A stretch of DNA of 64,000 nucleotides from a virus (IMGVR_UViG_3300032163_000009:1-64000); one strand, 5' to 3'; positions 36,756 to 46,535 are shown, numbered from the stretch's first letter. The notes: a model not told the origin generated them from the letters alone. A program made the numbers and translations.

Positions 36756-38204
36756 TTAATTCTTTGCCCGTGCCCACACCCATGTGCGAAAGGCATCCGC
36801 CGCATGGTTGTTTTCGTCCAATGGTTCTTCTTCGTCGCGACGGCTGCCTTCCGGCGCATACCGATAGCCAGCCGTGACTTCCTCGATGATATTCTTGCAG
36901 CGACGATGAACTGCCACGGCCCGATAGCCTTGACCATCGCAAAATAATTGGCGCACGATCGGGATGCCGTCGATAATCTTATGCACACCGACCCGCGCCG
37001 GGATGTTGGCATTCCGAAAGCGCCGGTGCAGCGCAGGCGCTTCATGCGACACGATCGCAATTTCCGGCAACTGCGTGGAGCGACTCCAACCGGCTTGCAA
37101 GCGCTGCTCGGCTTCCTCTGGGCTCGGGGCAGGCACGACCTCATACTTATCATTCAGCCACTGCCAGCCGTAATGCTTGCCGAACAACTCGATCGCTTCT
37201 CGAATGCAGACTTCTTCAAGGTGCTTGCGGTGATACAGTTCATCGAAAATTAAAATGCGCGTCGGCTGACGCTGAATGAGCAAGATAGCCCGTGGATCAA
37301 TAAAGCCGTCGTCGCACGCCAATTCAAACGGCAGCGTCAGATCAGGTTCGTCGTCGGTCAAGTTACCGATCGGCCAATCCTCGGCGCTGAAATTATCGTA
37401 GACCATACCCTCGAAAGCGGCTGACTCGCCTAAGAACAAACGCGCCCGCAAATTGCCAACCAACGAACTGAGTGTGTCGTAAACTTGTAGCCCTTCGACT
37501 GTCCACTGCCCGTTCTGCCACCAGCGCGGATTGTCGATCAACTGCGCTCGATGAATGACGAGTTTGCCCTCCTGCTGGCGCTTCCACGTCCAGTGCGACG
37601 GCGGCGGCGGATTCATGTCGCCAATGATTTGCGAGTAGCCTAACTTGAAGCGTGTCAGCCGCGTGGTAAGTTTTTGCCATTCATCCAGCGACAACTCCGG
37701 CGCTTCGTTGACGTAGATCAAGTCCCATTCCGTGGACATGATCTTCTCAGTTTGATCCTTGCCGCTCTGCCGAAAGCCACCTACCACAATTTGGCTGCCG
37801 TTCTCGTATAAATAAACATCGCGGTTCTTGCGCTGCGGTGCGCCTTGCAAGACAAAATGATCGGCGGGAATGACATCGAGTTCGAACGTCGCCAGCGCAG
37901 ACTCCGACAATGATTCACGCGTCTTGCGCAGAATGAGAAAGCGGCAACCGGGGATCGTCTCGGCTAAGTGATGCAGCTTATACAGAATGCCGAACGTCTT
38001 AGCCGCGCGGGCTGGCCCGCTCAAGATCACTTCGCGGCGCTGCTCCGTTTGAACGGTCAGCGCTGCGCCGCGCAACTCCGGCACAACCTCAGCCGTCAAC
38101 GAGGTTGCTGTCAGTTGTGTCGCTTGCTCGAAGTGCCGATTGACGCGGCTGATCAAGTAATCGATTCCAGTCGGCTTGGATGGCGGCAAGAGTGGGTTTA
38201 TCAC
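36756..38204 (-). CDS. terL: terminase large subunit
   Basis: Walker A variant GPARAAKT, IYVNEA and GDMNP; nuclease ACDDGF and NNHAADAFR. Confidence 0.93.
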   Translation of the reverse strand: MINPLLPPSKPTGIDYLISRVNRHFEQATQLTATSLTAEVVPELRGAALTVQTEQRREVILSGPARAAKTFGILYKLHHLAETIPGCRFLILRKTRESLSESALATFELDVIPADHFVLQGAPQRKNRDVYLYENGSQIVVGGFRQSGKDQTEKIMSTEWDLIYVNEAPELSLDEWQKLTTRLTRFKLGYSQIIGDMNPPPPSHWTWKRQQEGKLVIHRAQLIDNPRWWQNGQWTVEGLQVYDTLSSLVGNLRARLFLGESAAFEGMVYDNFSAEDWPIGNLTDDEPDLTLPFELACDDGFIDPRAILLIQRQPTRILIFDELYHRKHLEEVCIREAIELFGKHYGWQWLNDKYEVVPAPSPEEAEQRLQAGWSRSTQLPEIAIVSHEAPALHRRFRNANIPARVGVHKIIDGIPIVRQLFCDGQGYRAVAVHRRCKNIIEEVTAGYRYAPEGSRRDEEEPLDENNHAADAFRTWVWARAKN

Positions 38205-38922
38205 TTATATGCTCGAACACGGCGCGGGTGAGGGCGTCGTATAGAATGGCAACTTGCGTGAGACTGACATACGTTTGAGCGTCCAACTCACGCTTGGACT
38301 CCGTTTGAACCAACTTGCGTTTCAATTCGATCAAACGATTCAACTCATCAAACAGCGCCCCTTCACGATTGCCTTGCTCTAACACACTTTGCAGCGCGAC
38401 TACGGCTTGGCCTTGCGCTTGAGCGATGGCGAAACTTTCTGTTTTGAATTCAGCACTGTCGGGATCGGGATTGATCGGCTTGCGCTGCAAAGTGAGCAGC
38501 AGCTCGCGCAAATTTCCTCGGGCTTGCTGCCAGGCCGTCATGCCTGCGCCGGTGGTGCTTAGGCGCTGCATCACACCGATAATTTGAGCGTCGAGCAAAG
38601 CGATGTCGGGGCGCAGGCCGATCAAAGACGGATCACTCAGCGCGTCGTCAAAGGGAATCTTCCACCGCGCAGGCAGGTGCGGCAGATAGCGGCTGCTCCC
38701 TTTGCCTTCGTATTGCGGGCTGGCAATGCCGCTCGGTGTCTTGCCGCCGTGTCGATCGCAGCGGTGATTCAGCATCGGCGTCTTGAGACACGGCCCCGCT
38801 GCGCCGGACGACTTCTTGGCTCCGCAGACCCGCTTGCCTTTTTTTGTGCCTTCAACGCCCAGGCAATAACCGTCGGCATCCAGCGGCAGGTTAAACAGAT
38901 TCCCGAAGGGCTGATTAGGCAT
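38089..38922 (-). CDS. terminase small subunit-like (HGGxSTG-type)
   Basis: CGAK..C..RC.RHGGKTP; upstream of terL. Confidence 0.8.
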   Translation of the reverse strand: MPNQPFGNLFNLPLDADGYCLGVEGTKKGKRVCGAKKSSGAAGPCLKTPMLNHRCDRHGGKTPSGIASPQYEGKGSSRYLPHLPARWKIPFDDALSDPSLIGLRPDIALLDAQIIGVMQRLSTTGAGMTAWQQARGNLRELLLTLQRKPINPDPDSAEFKTESFAIAQAQGQAVVALQSVLEQGNREGALFDELNRLIELKRKLVQTESKRELDAQTYVSLTQVAILYDALTRAVFEHISDKPTLAAIQADWNRLLDQPRQSALRASDTTDSNLVDG

Positions 38923-39388
38923 CGATGACCTTGCGGCGACGCGCGACGCGGCGCTGGCGGCCTTGCCTGCGGCCTGTCTCGTAAATGGTAATGCCGTGCA
39001 AGGCTTTCATGAGCTTCGCCTTGAGGATATACAGGCGTGTTCGAACGCCCTTGAAATCTTCTACAACCTTTTGACCGTTCTCGATATAAACGAAATCGGC
39101 CATGTAGGTTGCGATGTGGAGGCCGTTCACGTCCAGCGAATACTCGACTTGCAATTCCAGATCGGTAATCTCACCGGCGCGCTCCCGTATCTTCAACTGG
39201 CTGTACCGAGTCGCTTCGCCTTGACTGGCAAACCGGATGCCATCTACCCAGGTAACCTTAGCCTTGAACTTGTTTTGTTTTTTCGGGGCGTGCTGGATCA
39301 GCGCTTGGTATTCTTCGGACGTGTATTCTTCGATCGGTTGATCGGCAACACGCGGCAAGAGCAGCGCTGTCGAAATAGAGCGCTTCAT
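38915..39388 (-). CDS. DUF1064 family (PD-(D/E)xK) nuclease-like protein
   Basis: NKFKAK..VDGIRFAS..EA.RY, YMADFVY, VVEDFKG. Confidence 0.9.
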   Translation of the reverse strand: MKRSISTALLLPRVADQPIEEYTSEEYQALIQHAPKKQNKFKAKVTWVDGIRFASQGEATRYSQLKIRERAGEITDLELQVEYSLDVNGLHIATYMADFVYIENGQKVVEDFKGVRTRLYILKAKLMKALHGITIYETGRRQGRQRRVARRRKVIDA

Positions 39389-39921
39389 AGTTGGACCAGC
39401 CAGACGCGGCCAGCGACGAGAAAGGTCGGTTCGCGTTCCGGCCAGTATTCTGAAAAGGCGCGGACCACGCCTTCCTCCCAATAATCATCACCGCAGACAA
39501 GGCCTCCCGGCTTCACCTTTGGCACCCACAATTTCAAATCTTGGATCACCGCTTCGTAGAAATGGCTGCCGTCGATAAACAGCAGGTCTAACGATCTGTC
39601 GCGGAACAACGGCGCGGCGTCAGCACTACTTTTGAAAATAGGCACGATGCGGTGTAGCACACCGGCGCTCTGCACATTAGACAGGAACGATTGATAGAGC
39701 TTTAAGGGTTCATCCACAAGGCCTGTGCCGCTGTCGCTGCCTTGCCAGTGATCGATACAATACACCACGCCTGCGCTGTGCTGCGCCAGCGCAATAGCCG
39801 AATGGCCCAGCCACGAGCCAACTTCGGCAATAGCCGATTTGCCTTGCGCGACGTTAGCCAAAGCCTCAAGCATTTCTTTCGGATGCCAGTTGTCTGGCAC
39901 GGCAATTGTATTGGAGTTCAT
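39385..39921 (-). CDS. class I SAM methyltransferase (Methyltransf_24-like)
   Basis: EVGSWLGHS, CIDHW, LFIDGSH.YE, KPGGLVCGDDY. Confidence 0.9.
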   Translation of the reverse strand: MNSNTIAVPDNWHPKEMLEALANVAQGKSAIAEVGSWLGHSAIALAQHSAGVVYCIDHWQGSDSGTGLVDEPLKLYQSFLSNVQSAGVLHRIVPIFKSSADAAPLFRDRSLDLLFIDGSHFYEAVIQDLKLWVPKVKPGGLVCGDDYWEEGVVRAFSEYWPEREPTFLVAGRVWLVQL

Positions 39922-40796
39922 AACGACACCACCTTTAAGAATTCTGCACGAGTCGAAAGGTCTGTTCTAAACGCGCCACGCATGACAGATGTTTTCATGG
40001 TCAGCGGCGTCTTGATGCCGCGCATGGCTGCGCAGGTATGCACACCCTTGGCAAACACGGCGACATCAGGTGTGCCGGTGACTGCGCTGATGTCAGTCGC
40101 AATGTCAGCGACCAGCCGTTCTTGAATCTGCAACTTGTGCGCGTGCTTGTGGGCAATGCGGGCGAACTTCGACAAGCCTAAAACTTTTGAGCCGGTGAGC
40201 ACGCCGATCGACAAATCACACCAGAACGGCAAGAGGTGATGTTCGCACAAACTCCATACCCGAATGTCTTGCACGACAACCATTTGATCGGCTTCAACTA
40301 CTTCAAACGTGGAGTCTGCATTCGTTTCTTTATAGCGCATGAACTCCAGCCACGCGGCGGCGGCGCGACGCGGTGTCTCGATCAAGCCTTCGCGCTGCGG
40401 GTCTTCGCCAATCGTTTTCAGCAAGTCTCGATACAGGCGCTCCACCTTCGTGATAAATTTGGCATCAGTGAGCAGCGGCGCAGGCGGAGAGAGCAAGACG
40501 ATCGTCTCCGTGTGGCGAGTGGAATATAACTGATAACGCTGCTCGATCTTTTCCGCTGTTTCCATTTGCTGCGCGAACACATATAGCCCCAAGCCTGGCA
40601 GTTCGCCATCGATGACCGTGACTTTAACCGGCTGGCCTTCAAAGACAGCATCATCGGATAGTCCAAGCCGTTGCCCGGCGTTGACATCGCGGACAAAGGC
40701 GGCGGATTGATCGCCGCGCAGTTCGACGCCGTACGGATAGGTCTTCATCACTTGCAAACCGGCAAAGTGCATGTGTTGTGGATCAGTGAGTATCAT
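39918..40796 (-). CDS. folE: GTP cyclohydrolase I with ~110-aa N-terminal extension
   Basis: REGLIETPRR, SLCEHHLLPF, GLSKFAR, LQIQERL, HTC..MRG. Confidence 0.95.
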   Translation of the reverse strand: MILTDPQHMHFAGLQVMKTYPYGVELRGDQSAAFVRDVNAGQRLGLSDDAVFEGQPVKVTVIDGELPGLGLYVFAQQMETAEKIEQRYQLYSTRHTETIVLLSPPAPLLTDAKFITKVERLYRDLLKTIGEDPQREGLIETPRRAAAAWLEFMRYKETNADSTFEVVEADQMVVVQDIRVWSLCEHHLLPFWCDLSIGVLTGSKVLGLSKFARIAHKHAHKLQIQERLVADIATDISAVTGTPDVAVFAKGVHTCAAMRGIKTPLTMKTSVMRGAFRTDLSTRAEFLKVVSL

Positions 40797-40815
40797 TTTA
40801 CTTTTACCTTCGCCT

Positions 40816-41664
40816 TTACCTTCTGATTGGGATTTTTCTCGGCGCGGAACTCGACGCGAGGTAATCACCGGCCATGTATTCTAAAGCGCGGCCGCGTGCA
40901 TTCTTGCCGCCGACCTCAGCCGCGATAGCGTCGATCGCTTGATTGATCACGCCTTGCTGACTGGCATGCACTAGAAAGGACAGATAGCCCCAATCTTTTT
41001 GAGGCGGCGACACCTGCTTGGACACCAGCAGCATGATCGCCTGCTCATCTTCCGTGACACCGTGTTCCGCCTTGAGGCCGTCCAGCGCTGCTCTAAATTT
41101 TTGGGCTTCGCTGCGCGGCAGGGTGAACAGGAAATTGACGTGCGCAATCAGCGCACCTTTTGAATCAGCCGCCGCGCGGGCTTCACCTTCTCCGCCTGCG
41201 TTAGCGCCGTCCAATATCTTTTGCCAATCGACACCCGCTGTAAAGTTTGCGATATAGGCGGGGCTGAGTCCGGCATACTTGATCAGCACAGACGGATCGG
41301 GCAGCGAGCTAACCAGTGCGGCCATTTTGGTTACGTCATTGCCACCGCGCAGCGCATTCAAAGCAATGGTCAACGTCTTCGCTTCGTCGTCCGTGCCTTC
41401 CCATTCGATGACAGGAAACAATGGCTCAGTGGTTAGCAACAATTCTCGATAGCGTTGTTCACCGTCCACGATTCGCCAAAAGTCGTCACCGGCCTTGCGT
41501 CGCCCTGGAAACACATGCTGACATAGGATGCCACCGAACATGCCGTATTGATCCAAGGTGTTGCCCAACGACGCGTGAGTATCGGCATCCATTTCATTCG
41601 GATTCCACGGATTCGGTTTGATCTTGTCGCGCGGCACCATGATCACTTGATTGTAGAATTTCAT
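40816..41664 (-). CDS. ParB/Srx N-terminal domain protein
   Basis: PNPWNPNEM, IVDGEQR, TIALN.LRG. Confidence 0.9.
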   Translation of the reverse strand: MKFYNQVIMVPRDKIKPNPWNPNEMDADTHASLGNTLDQYGMFGGILCQHVFPGRRKAGDDFWRIVDGEQRYRELLLTTEPLFPVIEWEGTDDEAKTLTIALNALRGGNDVTKMAALVSSLPDPSVLIKYAGLSPAYIANFTAGVDWQKILDGANAGGEGEARAAADSKGALIAHVNFLFTLPRSEAQKFRAALDGLKAEHGVTEDEQAIMLLVSKQVSPPQKDWGYLSFLVHASQQGVINQAIDAIAAEVGGKNARGRALEYMAGDYLASSSAPRKIPIRR

Positions 41665-42617
41665 TGCCACACCACTCCCCGCGTGCGCCACAGGTCAGTC
41701 ATGTTGCGCTCTACCTGCCATAGCACTTTCAGGTTAGCCAAAAAGACTTTGCCTGTGACCGCTCGCTTCGAACCTGAATCAGATTGCGCATTGTCAAAGT
41801 CAAACCATTCACGGGATAGTCCTTGATGCAGCAGCTTGTCGATGTCCAGCGGGTCTTTGGCTTGATGCTGGCCGATGCGGGTAAAAGACATCTTGCCTTC
41901 GGCGGGCGAAAATAAAGACAAGCCCCACAGCGCGGCGGACTTCCACGAAATCGAATCGACGCTATACACGGGCAGCGCTTGCATGAGTGCGATCGAGGTC
42001 GCCTTGAATAAGTGCGTCTTGATCTGACGCTGGTAGGCATCGACCGCCACGCCTCTGATCAACGCTTGAGCAGCGGGCGTGCCGCTGCGCATGATCTCCG
42101 CACCGGCTGCGAGGCCGATATACTTCAAGCCTTTGCGCTTGATGAGACTTTGATAGCCAGCCCAGCCGTCTAACGGCGACCACACATATAAAATTTCAAT
42201 GCCAGTTTCTTGGGCGACGGCTTGCCACACTTCATCGCGCCATCGATCGATCACGTCGATCCCAAACTCCATTTGCAAATCCAACTCCACCATGTAGTTA
42301 GGCTTCAGCGGACAGGTCAAGACTGTTTCCACATATCGATCGCGGAAGCGGCGGGCTTCGTCAATCTTGATTCGTTCGCCGCGTCGAAAGCGCTGATGAA
42401 AAGAATGCGCGCCGGAGTCGAGGAGCACATCACACGGATCAAGCGCAGCGTGCATGGCTTCCAAACAGTTGCGCAGCGAGTTGGCGCCGCTGCTCTTGGT
42501 CTTATTGTGCTGAACGATCGAGGTGAGTAAATGGATCTTCGGCGGTCGCGCAGGTAAAGCCGTCTCGACCCACTTCACTTTCTGTTTGCTGTCTACACCG
42601 GCGAGTAAGACATTCAT
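41661..42617 (-). CDS. TGT-fold (DpdA-like) deazapurine DNA transglycosylase
   Basis: LLDSGAHSF, ELD, KTHLF and SVDSISW motifs; context. Confidence 0.75.
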   Translation of the reverse strand: MNVLLAGVDSKQKVKWVETALPARPPKIHLLTSIVQHNKTKSSGANSLRNCLEAMHAALDPCDVLLDSGAHSFHQRFRRGERIKIDEARRFRDRYVETVLTCPLKPNYMVELDLQMEFGIDVIDRWRDEVWQAVAQETGIEILYVWSPLDGWAGYQSLIKRKGLKYIGLAAGAEIMRSGTPAAQALIRGVAVDAYQRQIKTHLFKATSIALMQALPVYSVDSISWKSAALWGLSLFSPAEGKMSFTRIGQHQAKDPLDIDKLLHQGLSREWFDFDNAQSDSGSKRAVTGKVFLANLKVLWQVERNMTDLWRTRGVVWQ

Positions 42618-43624
42618 GTCCGCAGCCTCGTGACAATACCTTGCGCGTTGTCTGACCAGCGCGAAGTATAGGCTAAAGCGAGAGGTTCGAAGTCGCGGTG
42701 ATGCAGACGCTCGACTAATTGATCGAAGGTGGAGTAGAGGGCTTCACTTGAAACCATTTCGGGATAGCAAGCCCGATCAGGCACGAGGACTTCACAGCCG
42801 TACAAGATGGCTTCTTGCAGCGCGTAGCCGAATGTCTCTTGCTGCGCCGTGCTCAGAAACCAACGGGCGTGTTTGACGAGGCTGAGATATTCCGTTTTGG
42901 TTAAGCCTGCTTCATACGACACATTGAGCGGCAGGTTCGGCAGCGCTCGACCGTTGCCGCAAGAAGTGATCAAGAAATGCAAGTCGGGCACGGCCGCCGC
43001 AGCGGCGAGGAATTCGGCCAAGCCTTTTTCAGTTGCGGGGCGGTGCGGCCAAATGCAGTAATTCTGTTTAGCGTGCGGTGTTTGCCAACTGACTAATTGA
43101 TTGTACCAATTGATATTCCAGATCAAGCCGGTGACGCGCACCTTGCTGTCCGGCAGATCAAAATACTTTCGCACGCGCTGCGCATGGAACTCGCTGCCCA
43201 CATAAATTTCAGAGGCCAGTTGATGCCAGCTCCGTTCAGCGTTATCGCTCCAGCGGCGCAACTGCTGGACGAAATCTGTTTCATCGGCGCGTCCGGCATA
43301 GTTGAAGCCAACGATTCGGATAGTCAGTTGCTGCAATTCAGCGAGGTAGCCGATGGCTTCCAAGCCCGGAAAGAATAAGTCGCCAACGAGAAAGACGTCG
43401 CCGGAGTGAATGAATTTCTGCGCAAAGAGTTGCGTGACCATTTTGAGTTGTTCGGCCTTGAACGCAATGGTGTTGTTCACGTCCAGAAATTCACCTGACT
43501 GGATTAAGACGCGCTCAAAGCCGTCGGGGTAAAGCGTGACATCTATCAGCGGGCGCAGCGTCTCATTCATCATGACGGTGTAGCGATTGACGATGTTCTC
43601 GATCGGCAAATAATACAAAGTCAT
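42614..43624 (-). CDS. GT-B (GT4-like) glycosyltransferase
   Basis: WPHRPATEKG and STAQQETFGYALQEA..GC..P....YPE. Confidence 0.9.
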   Translation of the reverse strand: MTLYYLPIENIVNRYTVMMNETLRPLIDVTLYPDGFERVLIQSGEFLDVNNTIAFKAEQLKMVTQLFAQKFIHSGDVFLVGDLFFPGLEAIGYLAELQQLTIRIVGFNYAGRADETDFVQQLRRWSDNAERSWHQLASEIYVGSEFHAQRVRKYFDLPDSKVRVTGLIWNINWYNQLVSWQTPHAKQNYCIWPHRPATEKGLAEFLAAAAAVPDLHFLITSCGNGRALPNLPLNVSYEAGLTKTEYLSLVKHARWFLSTAQQETFGYALQEAILYGCEVLVPDRACYPEMVSSEALYSTFDQLVERLHHRDFEPLALAYTSRWSDNAQGIVTRLRT

Positions 43625-44634
43625 TTCTCGACCTCATTGCCCTTGAACATATTGACTTGAATGTGGCCTTGACTGCGGGCGTTGAACAAACGCCCTTCGG
43701 GGCAGTGCTGACACATCTCAGGCTTGTCCGTCGATTTCATGCGGCGGCGAAACTCGGCATACTTCGGCCCGTTCCAAATCTCCAACGGCGATTGCTCAAA
43801 GATGTTGCCCATCACATTCAAGCCAGCCCAATCCCGATCGCACGGCACGACATTGCCATTTACATGGATCGTCATGCCGTAAAACGCCTCGCGGCAAACG
43901 TCGTCCGGTTGCAGCCCGCCTTTGTCGGCGATCTCGCCTCGGAAAGAATCGAGGAACTTGTAACGCACTTCGTCAGCGTGCAAGCCGCCTGTCCAGTCAA
44001 TGAACTGCGCCTCGGTGTATTCCGGCACGCCATTCAGCATGATCGTTTGAGCCACGGCATACGGGCGCTGCTCGCGCGACAGGATATTGATCACGCGCTC
44101 CCGCAGCAAGTCCAGTCGACCGTTCACCCGCATACTCGCATACCGATCGGGATCGAGGCTATCCACATCCATCACAAGGAAATTCAAGCCAGCGGCAAAG
44201 GCGCGATCGAGTTTGTCGGGGGTAGCGGGCAGCAAGTTGGAAGCAATGACGGTATAGATATTGCGCTGCGTGCAAGCGGCAATGTAGTCGGCAATATCGT
44301 TCTGCATGAACGGCTCGCCAAAATGAAACAGTTCGAGCGACTTCACCCACGGCATTTGATCGAGGATCGATTCGAATTGACCAAGCGGCATCACTGCATT
44401 CAAGTCGCGTTGGCCGTGAACTTTGAGATCGGTGGTGCGCGGACAAAACGGACAGGCGAGATTGCAGCGCGAAGTCGTTTCAACTTGATACAAGCGCGGC
44501 AACGTCACCGGCTCGATCGTGAACCGATCCTGCTCTACTTCGGAGAGCAGCGCCGGAAAATCCATTTGCTCAAAAGTAAAATCGGGCAGGTTACTCAGCA
44601 CACCTTTCAAGCGTGGGTCGTGTTGATCGATCAT
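43621..44634 (-). CDS. radical SAM enzyme with SPASM/Twitch domain
   Basis: CNLACPFC and FGEP; C-terminal C..F..I..NG.V.PC..D..GNI..IWN..CQHC. Confidence 0.92.
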   Translation of the reverse strand: MIDQHDPRLKGVLSNLPDFTFEQMDFPALLSEVEQDRFTIEPVTLPRLYQVETTSRCNLACPFCPRTTDLKVHGQRDLNAVMPLGQFESILDQMPWVKSLELFHFGEPFMQNDIADYIAACTQRNIYTVIASNLLPATPDKLDRAFAAGLNFLVMDVDSLDPDRYASMRVNGRLDLLRERVINILSREQRPYAVAQTIMLNGVPEYTEAQFIDWTGGLHADEVRYKFLDSFRGEIADKGGLQPDDVCREAFYGMTIHVNGNVVPCDRDWAGLNVMGNIFEQSPLEIWNGPKYAEFRRRMKSTDKPEMCQHCPEGRLFNARSQGHIQVNMFKGNEVEK

Positions 44635-44981
44635 GCCGCTGCCTCCGTCTCAACCGTTGCGCCGTTCTCGCCGTCCTCACTGACTTCCACTTTGAACCAA
44701 CGCCCGGCATAATTCAATTCACACCATTTGAGCAGCGCGGTCGCCATGACTTCGCAACTCTCGTCGCCGATGAGCGTGGATTGGTAAGTGGCAAACCATT
44801 CGATGGCGTGACTTTGCAGCGCGTGGTATTCGACATCGCGCTCAGTGTGCGTTTGCTCGAAGTCAAGGCGCACTTTGAAAACGTGCCGATGCGGACTCCG
44901 CAGATAAGCGGTATCCAGCGGCGCGTCCGGCCAGCGATGGAAGCCGATTTGAGAAAAGGTTACGAAGCCGGTGAGTTTCAT
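44631..44981 (-). CDS. QueD-like T-fold protein (DpdL-like, putative CDG decarboxylase)
   Basis: H.WP, LRSPHRHVF (LxxxHRHxF), SCE.MA, VSEDGENGA. Confidence 0.8.
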   Translation of the reverse strand: MKLTGFVTFSQIGFHRWPDAPLDTAYLRSPHRHVFKVRLDFEQTHTERDVEYHALQSHAIEWFATYQSTLIGDESCEVMATALLKWCELNYAGRWFKVEVSEDGENGATVETEAAA

Positions 44982-45021
44982 AGACTGCTCCTGGTAAGGT
45001 TAATCAACGACAAGGGTTGAA

Positions 45022-45732
45022 TCACACGCCGCGTCGATTGCCGAACAGTTCAATGTGAAAGCGCGGCGTCAAATGATAACCACGCTGCAAGATAGCCGGC
45101 AATAGTTCTTGAGCGCGTCGTTGCAAGACTTGTTGATCGATGCCTTCCAACATGATGTAGACGTGGGGCAGTGGGATGGCGTGCGCCTTGACCAGCTCAT
45201 CGACTTCAAGCAAGTCTTGTTCGTTCATCACGACAAACTTAAACCACGCGATCGGTGAACGCGCAAACCAATCAAGCGTTTCAGGATGGTAGCGCTTCTT
45301 GAGTGCATTGCCGCTATTGATCAATTTTGGGCTGACGTTGTATTGATCGGCAAAGTAAGGCGTCGGGGGTGTGACGGTGCCAGCCGTTTCGATCTGGACA
45401 CGCCACTTCAGCACGCGCAGGCGGTCGATCAATTCTCCGAGGCTGCGCCATTGCAGCATCGGCTCGCCGCCCGTCACAACGAGGGACTTGATTAACGGAT
45501 TGTGTTGCCCTCTCTCTAATATCCTCTCAAGACAGTGTTCAACCGACATAGACTTGATCTCGACGTTGGGATCAAACTTTTCCCAATTCCAAGTATACGG
45601 GGTGTCGCAAAAAACGCATTTCAAATTGCAGCCCGCCAATCGAAGGAAGTATACCGGCTCTCCGATCGACACCCCTTCGCCTTGAATCGTTTCGCCGAAC
45701 ACCTCGGAAATCGCCAGCCGCTCATTCGACAT
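45022..45732 (-). CDS. queE: 7-carboxy-7-deazaguanine synthase
   Basis: TIQGEG, FLRLAGCNLKCVFCDT, TGGEP, ETAG, VSPK, KFVV. Confidence 0.95.
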   Translation of the reverse strand: MSNERLAISEVFGETIQGEGVSIGEPVYFLRLAGCNLKCVFCDTPYTWNWEKFDPNVEIKSMSVEHCLERILERGQHNPLIKSLVVTGGEPMLQWRSLGELIDRLRVLKWRVQIETAGTVTPPTPYFADQYNVSPKLINSGNALKKRYHPETLDWFARSPIAWFKFVVMNEQDLLEVDELVKAHAIPLPHVYIMLEGIDQQVLQRRAQELLPAILQRGYHLTPRFHIELFGNRRGV

Positions 45733-46204
45733 ACTGCACCTCGCACACGGCGGAAGTCTTCGGCGTCTCTTTCACTTCAACGCTGGACACCCACACCCCT
45801 TGCCCATCTAGCAAGCGGCTGGCAACTTGCTGAAAAAAGATCGCCAGACATTCAGCAGTAGTGTCGCCTACGTTCAGCAAGGCAACATCTTCAAGCGGCA
45901 AGCTATAAGACTTTTGATTGTGTTCAAACAAAACGAAGCGATCTTCAAACTCTTCCACCAAAGCTGCTGGTAGCAGCGTCCGGTGATCGAGGTGATCGTC
46001 CAGCCAATTTTTGAACACGCCGAGATCGGTGTAGTCTTTGATCCAATTCTGGTTAGTCAATGGGCCGGAGAGCGTGAGGCTGACCAACCAGTTGTGGCCG
46101 TGCAAGCGGCCGCACTTGTGATCAGGTGGAACGGTGAATAAAATATGCGCAGCGGAGAACTCAAATACTTTGGTGATCGTTAGTTTAGTTGAAAGCGCCG
46201 GCAT
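45722..46204 (-). CDS. queD: 6-carboxy-5,6,7,8-tetrahydropterin synthase
   Basis: FSAAH, CGRLHGHNW, LDH, TTAECLA, VKET. Confidence 0.95.
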   Translation of the reverse strand: MPALSTKLTITKVFEFSAAHILFTVPPDHKCGRLHGHNWLVSLTLSGPLTNQNWIKDYTDLGVFKNWLDDHLDHRTLLPAALVEEFEDRFVLFEHNQKSYSLPLEDVALLNVGDTTAECLAIFFQQVASRLLDGQGVWVSSVEVKETPKTSAVCEVQYVE

Positions 46205-46223
46205 CAGTTACTCCTTGCGCGTC

Positions 46224-46253
46224 ATTATGCCACGAATGGGCAAGCGCTGTCAA
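46224..46253 (-). promoter_or_regulatory. sigma70 promoter of the modification operon
   Basis: TTGACA-18-CATAAT with TG extension. Confidence 0.7.
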
Positions 46254-46259
46254 TTAGCT

Positions 46260-46418
46260 AAAACAAAACGACTCGAACTTCTGCGCAGAGTTCGAATCGC
46301 TTCGTGTCATCCGTAAGATGGACGTCGCTATTATAAAATTATGCCGATCGTGCGGCCTCGTCGGCGCGAAGCCGCACACTACAAAACAGCAACTCGATCG
46401 GAGGGATCGAAGAACACG
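46260..46418 (-). ncRNA. putative ~160-nt small RNA with an anti-SD (CCUCC) loop
   Basis: TGGTATGAT upstream; three hairpins with G-U pairs in the minus sense; terminator hairpin + TTTTGTTTT. Confidence 0.55.
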
Positions 46419-46535
46419 CTGGCATCATACCACACTTTGTCAATGGCCGTCGAAGGGCAGCTCAGTCAAGACATTTAAGAGATCAGTCAACAGGCAGTCC
46501 TGTCTAAGCATTTGCACCGGCAGTGTTAGGTGGGC

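Noticed and set aside
37990-38030. Terminase Walker A GPARAAKT as an inactivating mutation
   Set aside because: Lys-Thr is retained and the other ATPase and nuclease motifs are intact; terminase Walker A motifs often deviate.
43657-44712. 351-aa plus-strand ORF
   Set aside because: Antisense shadow of the radical SAM gene; no motifs or RBS.
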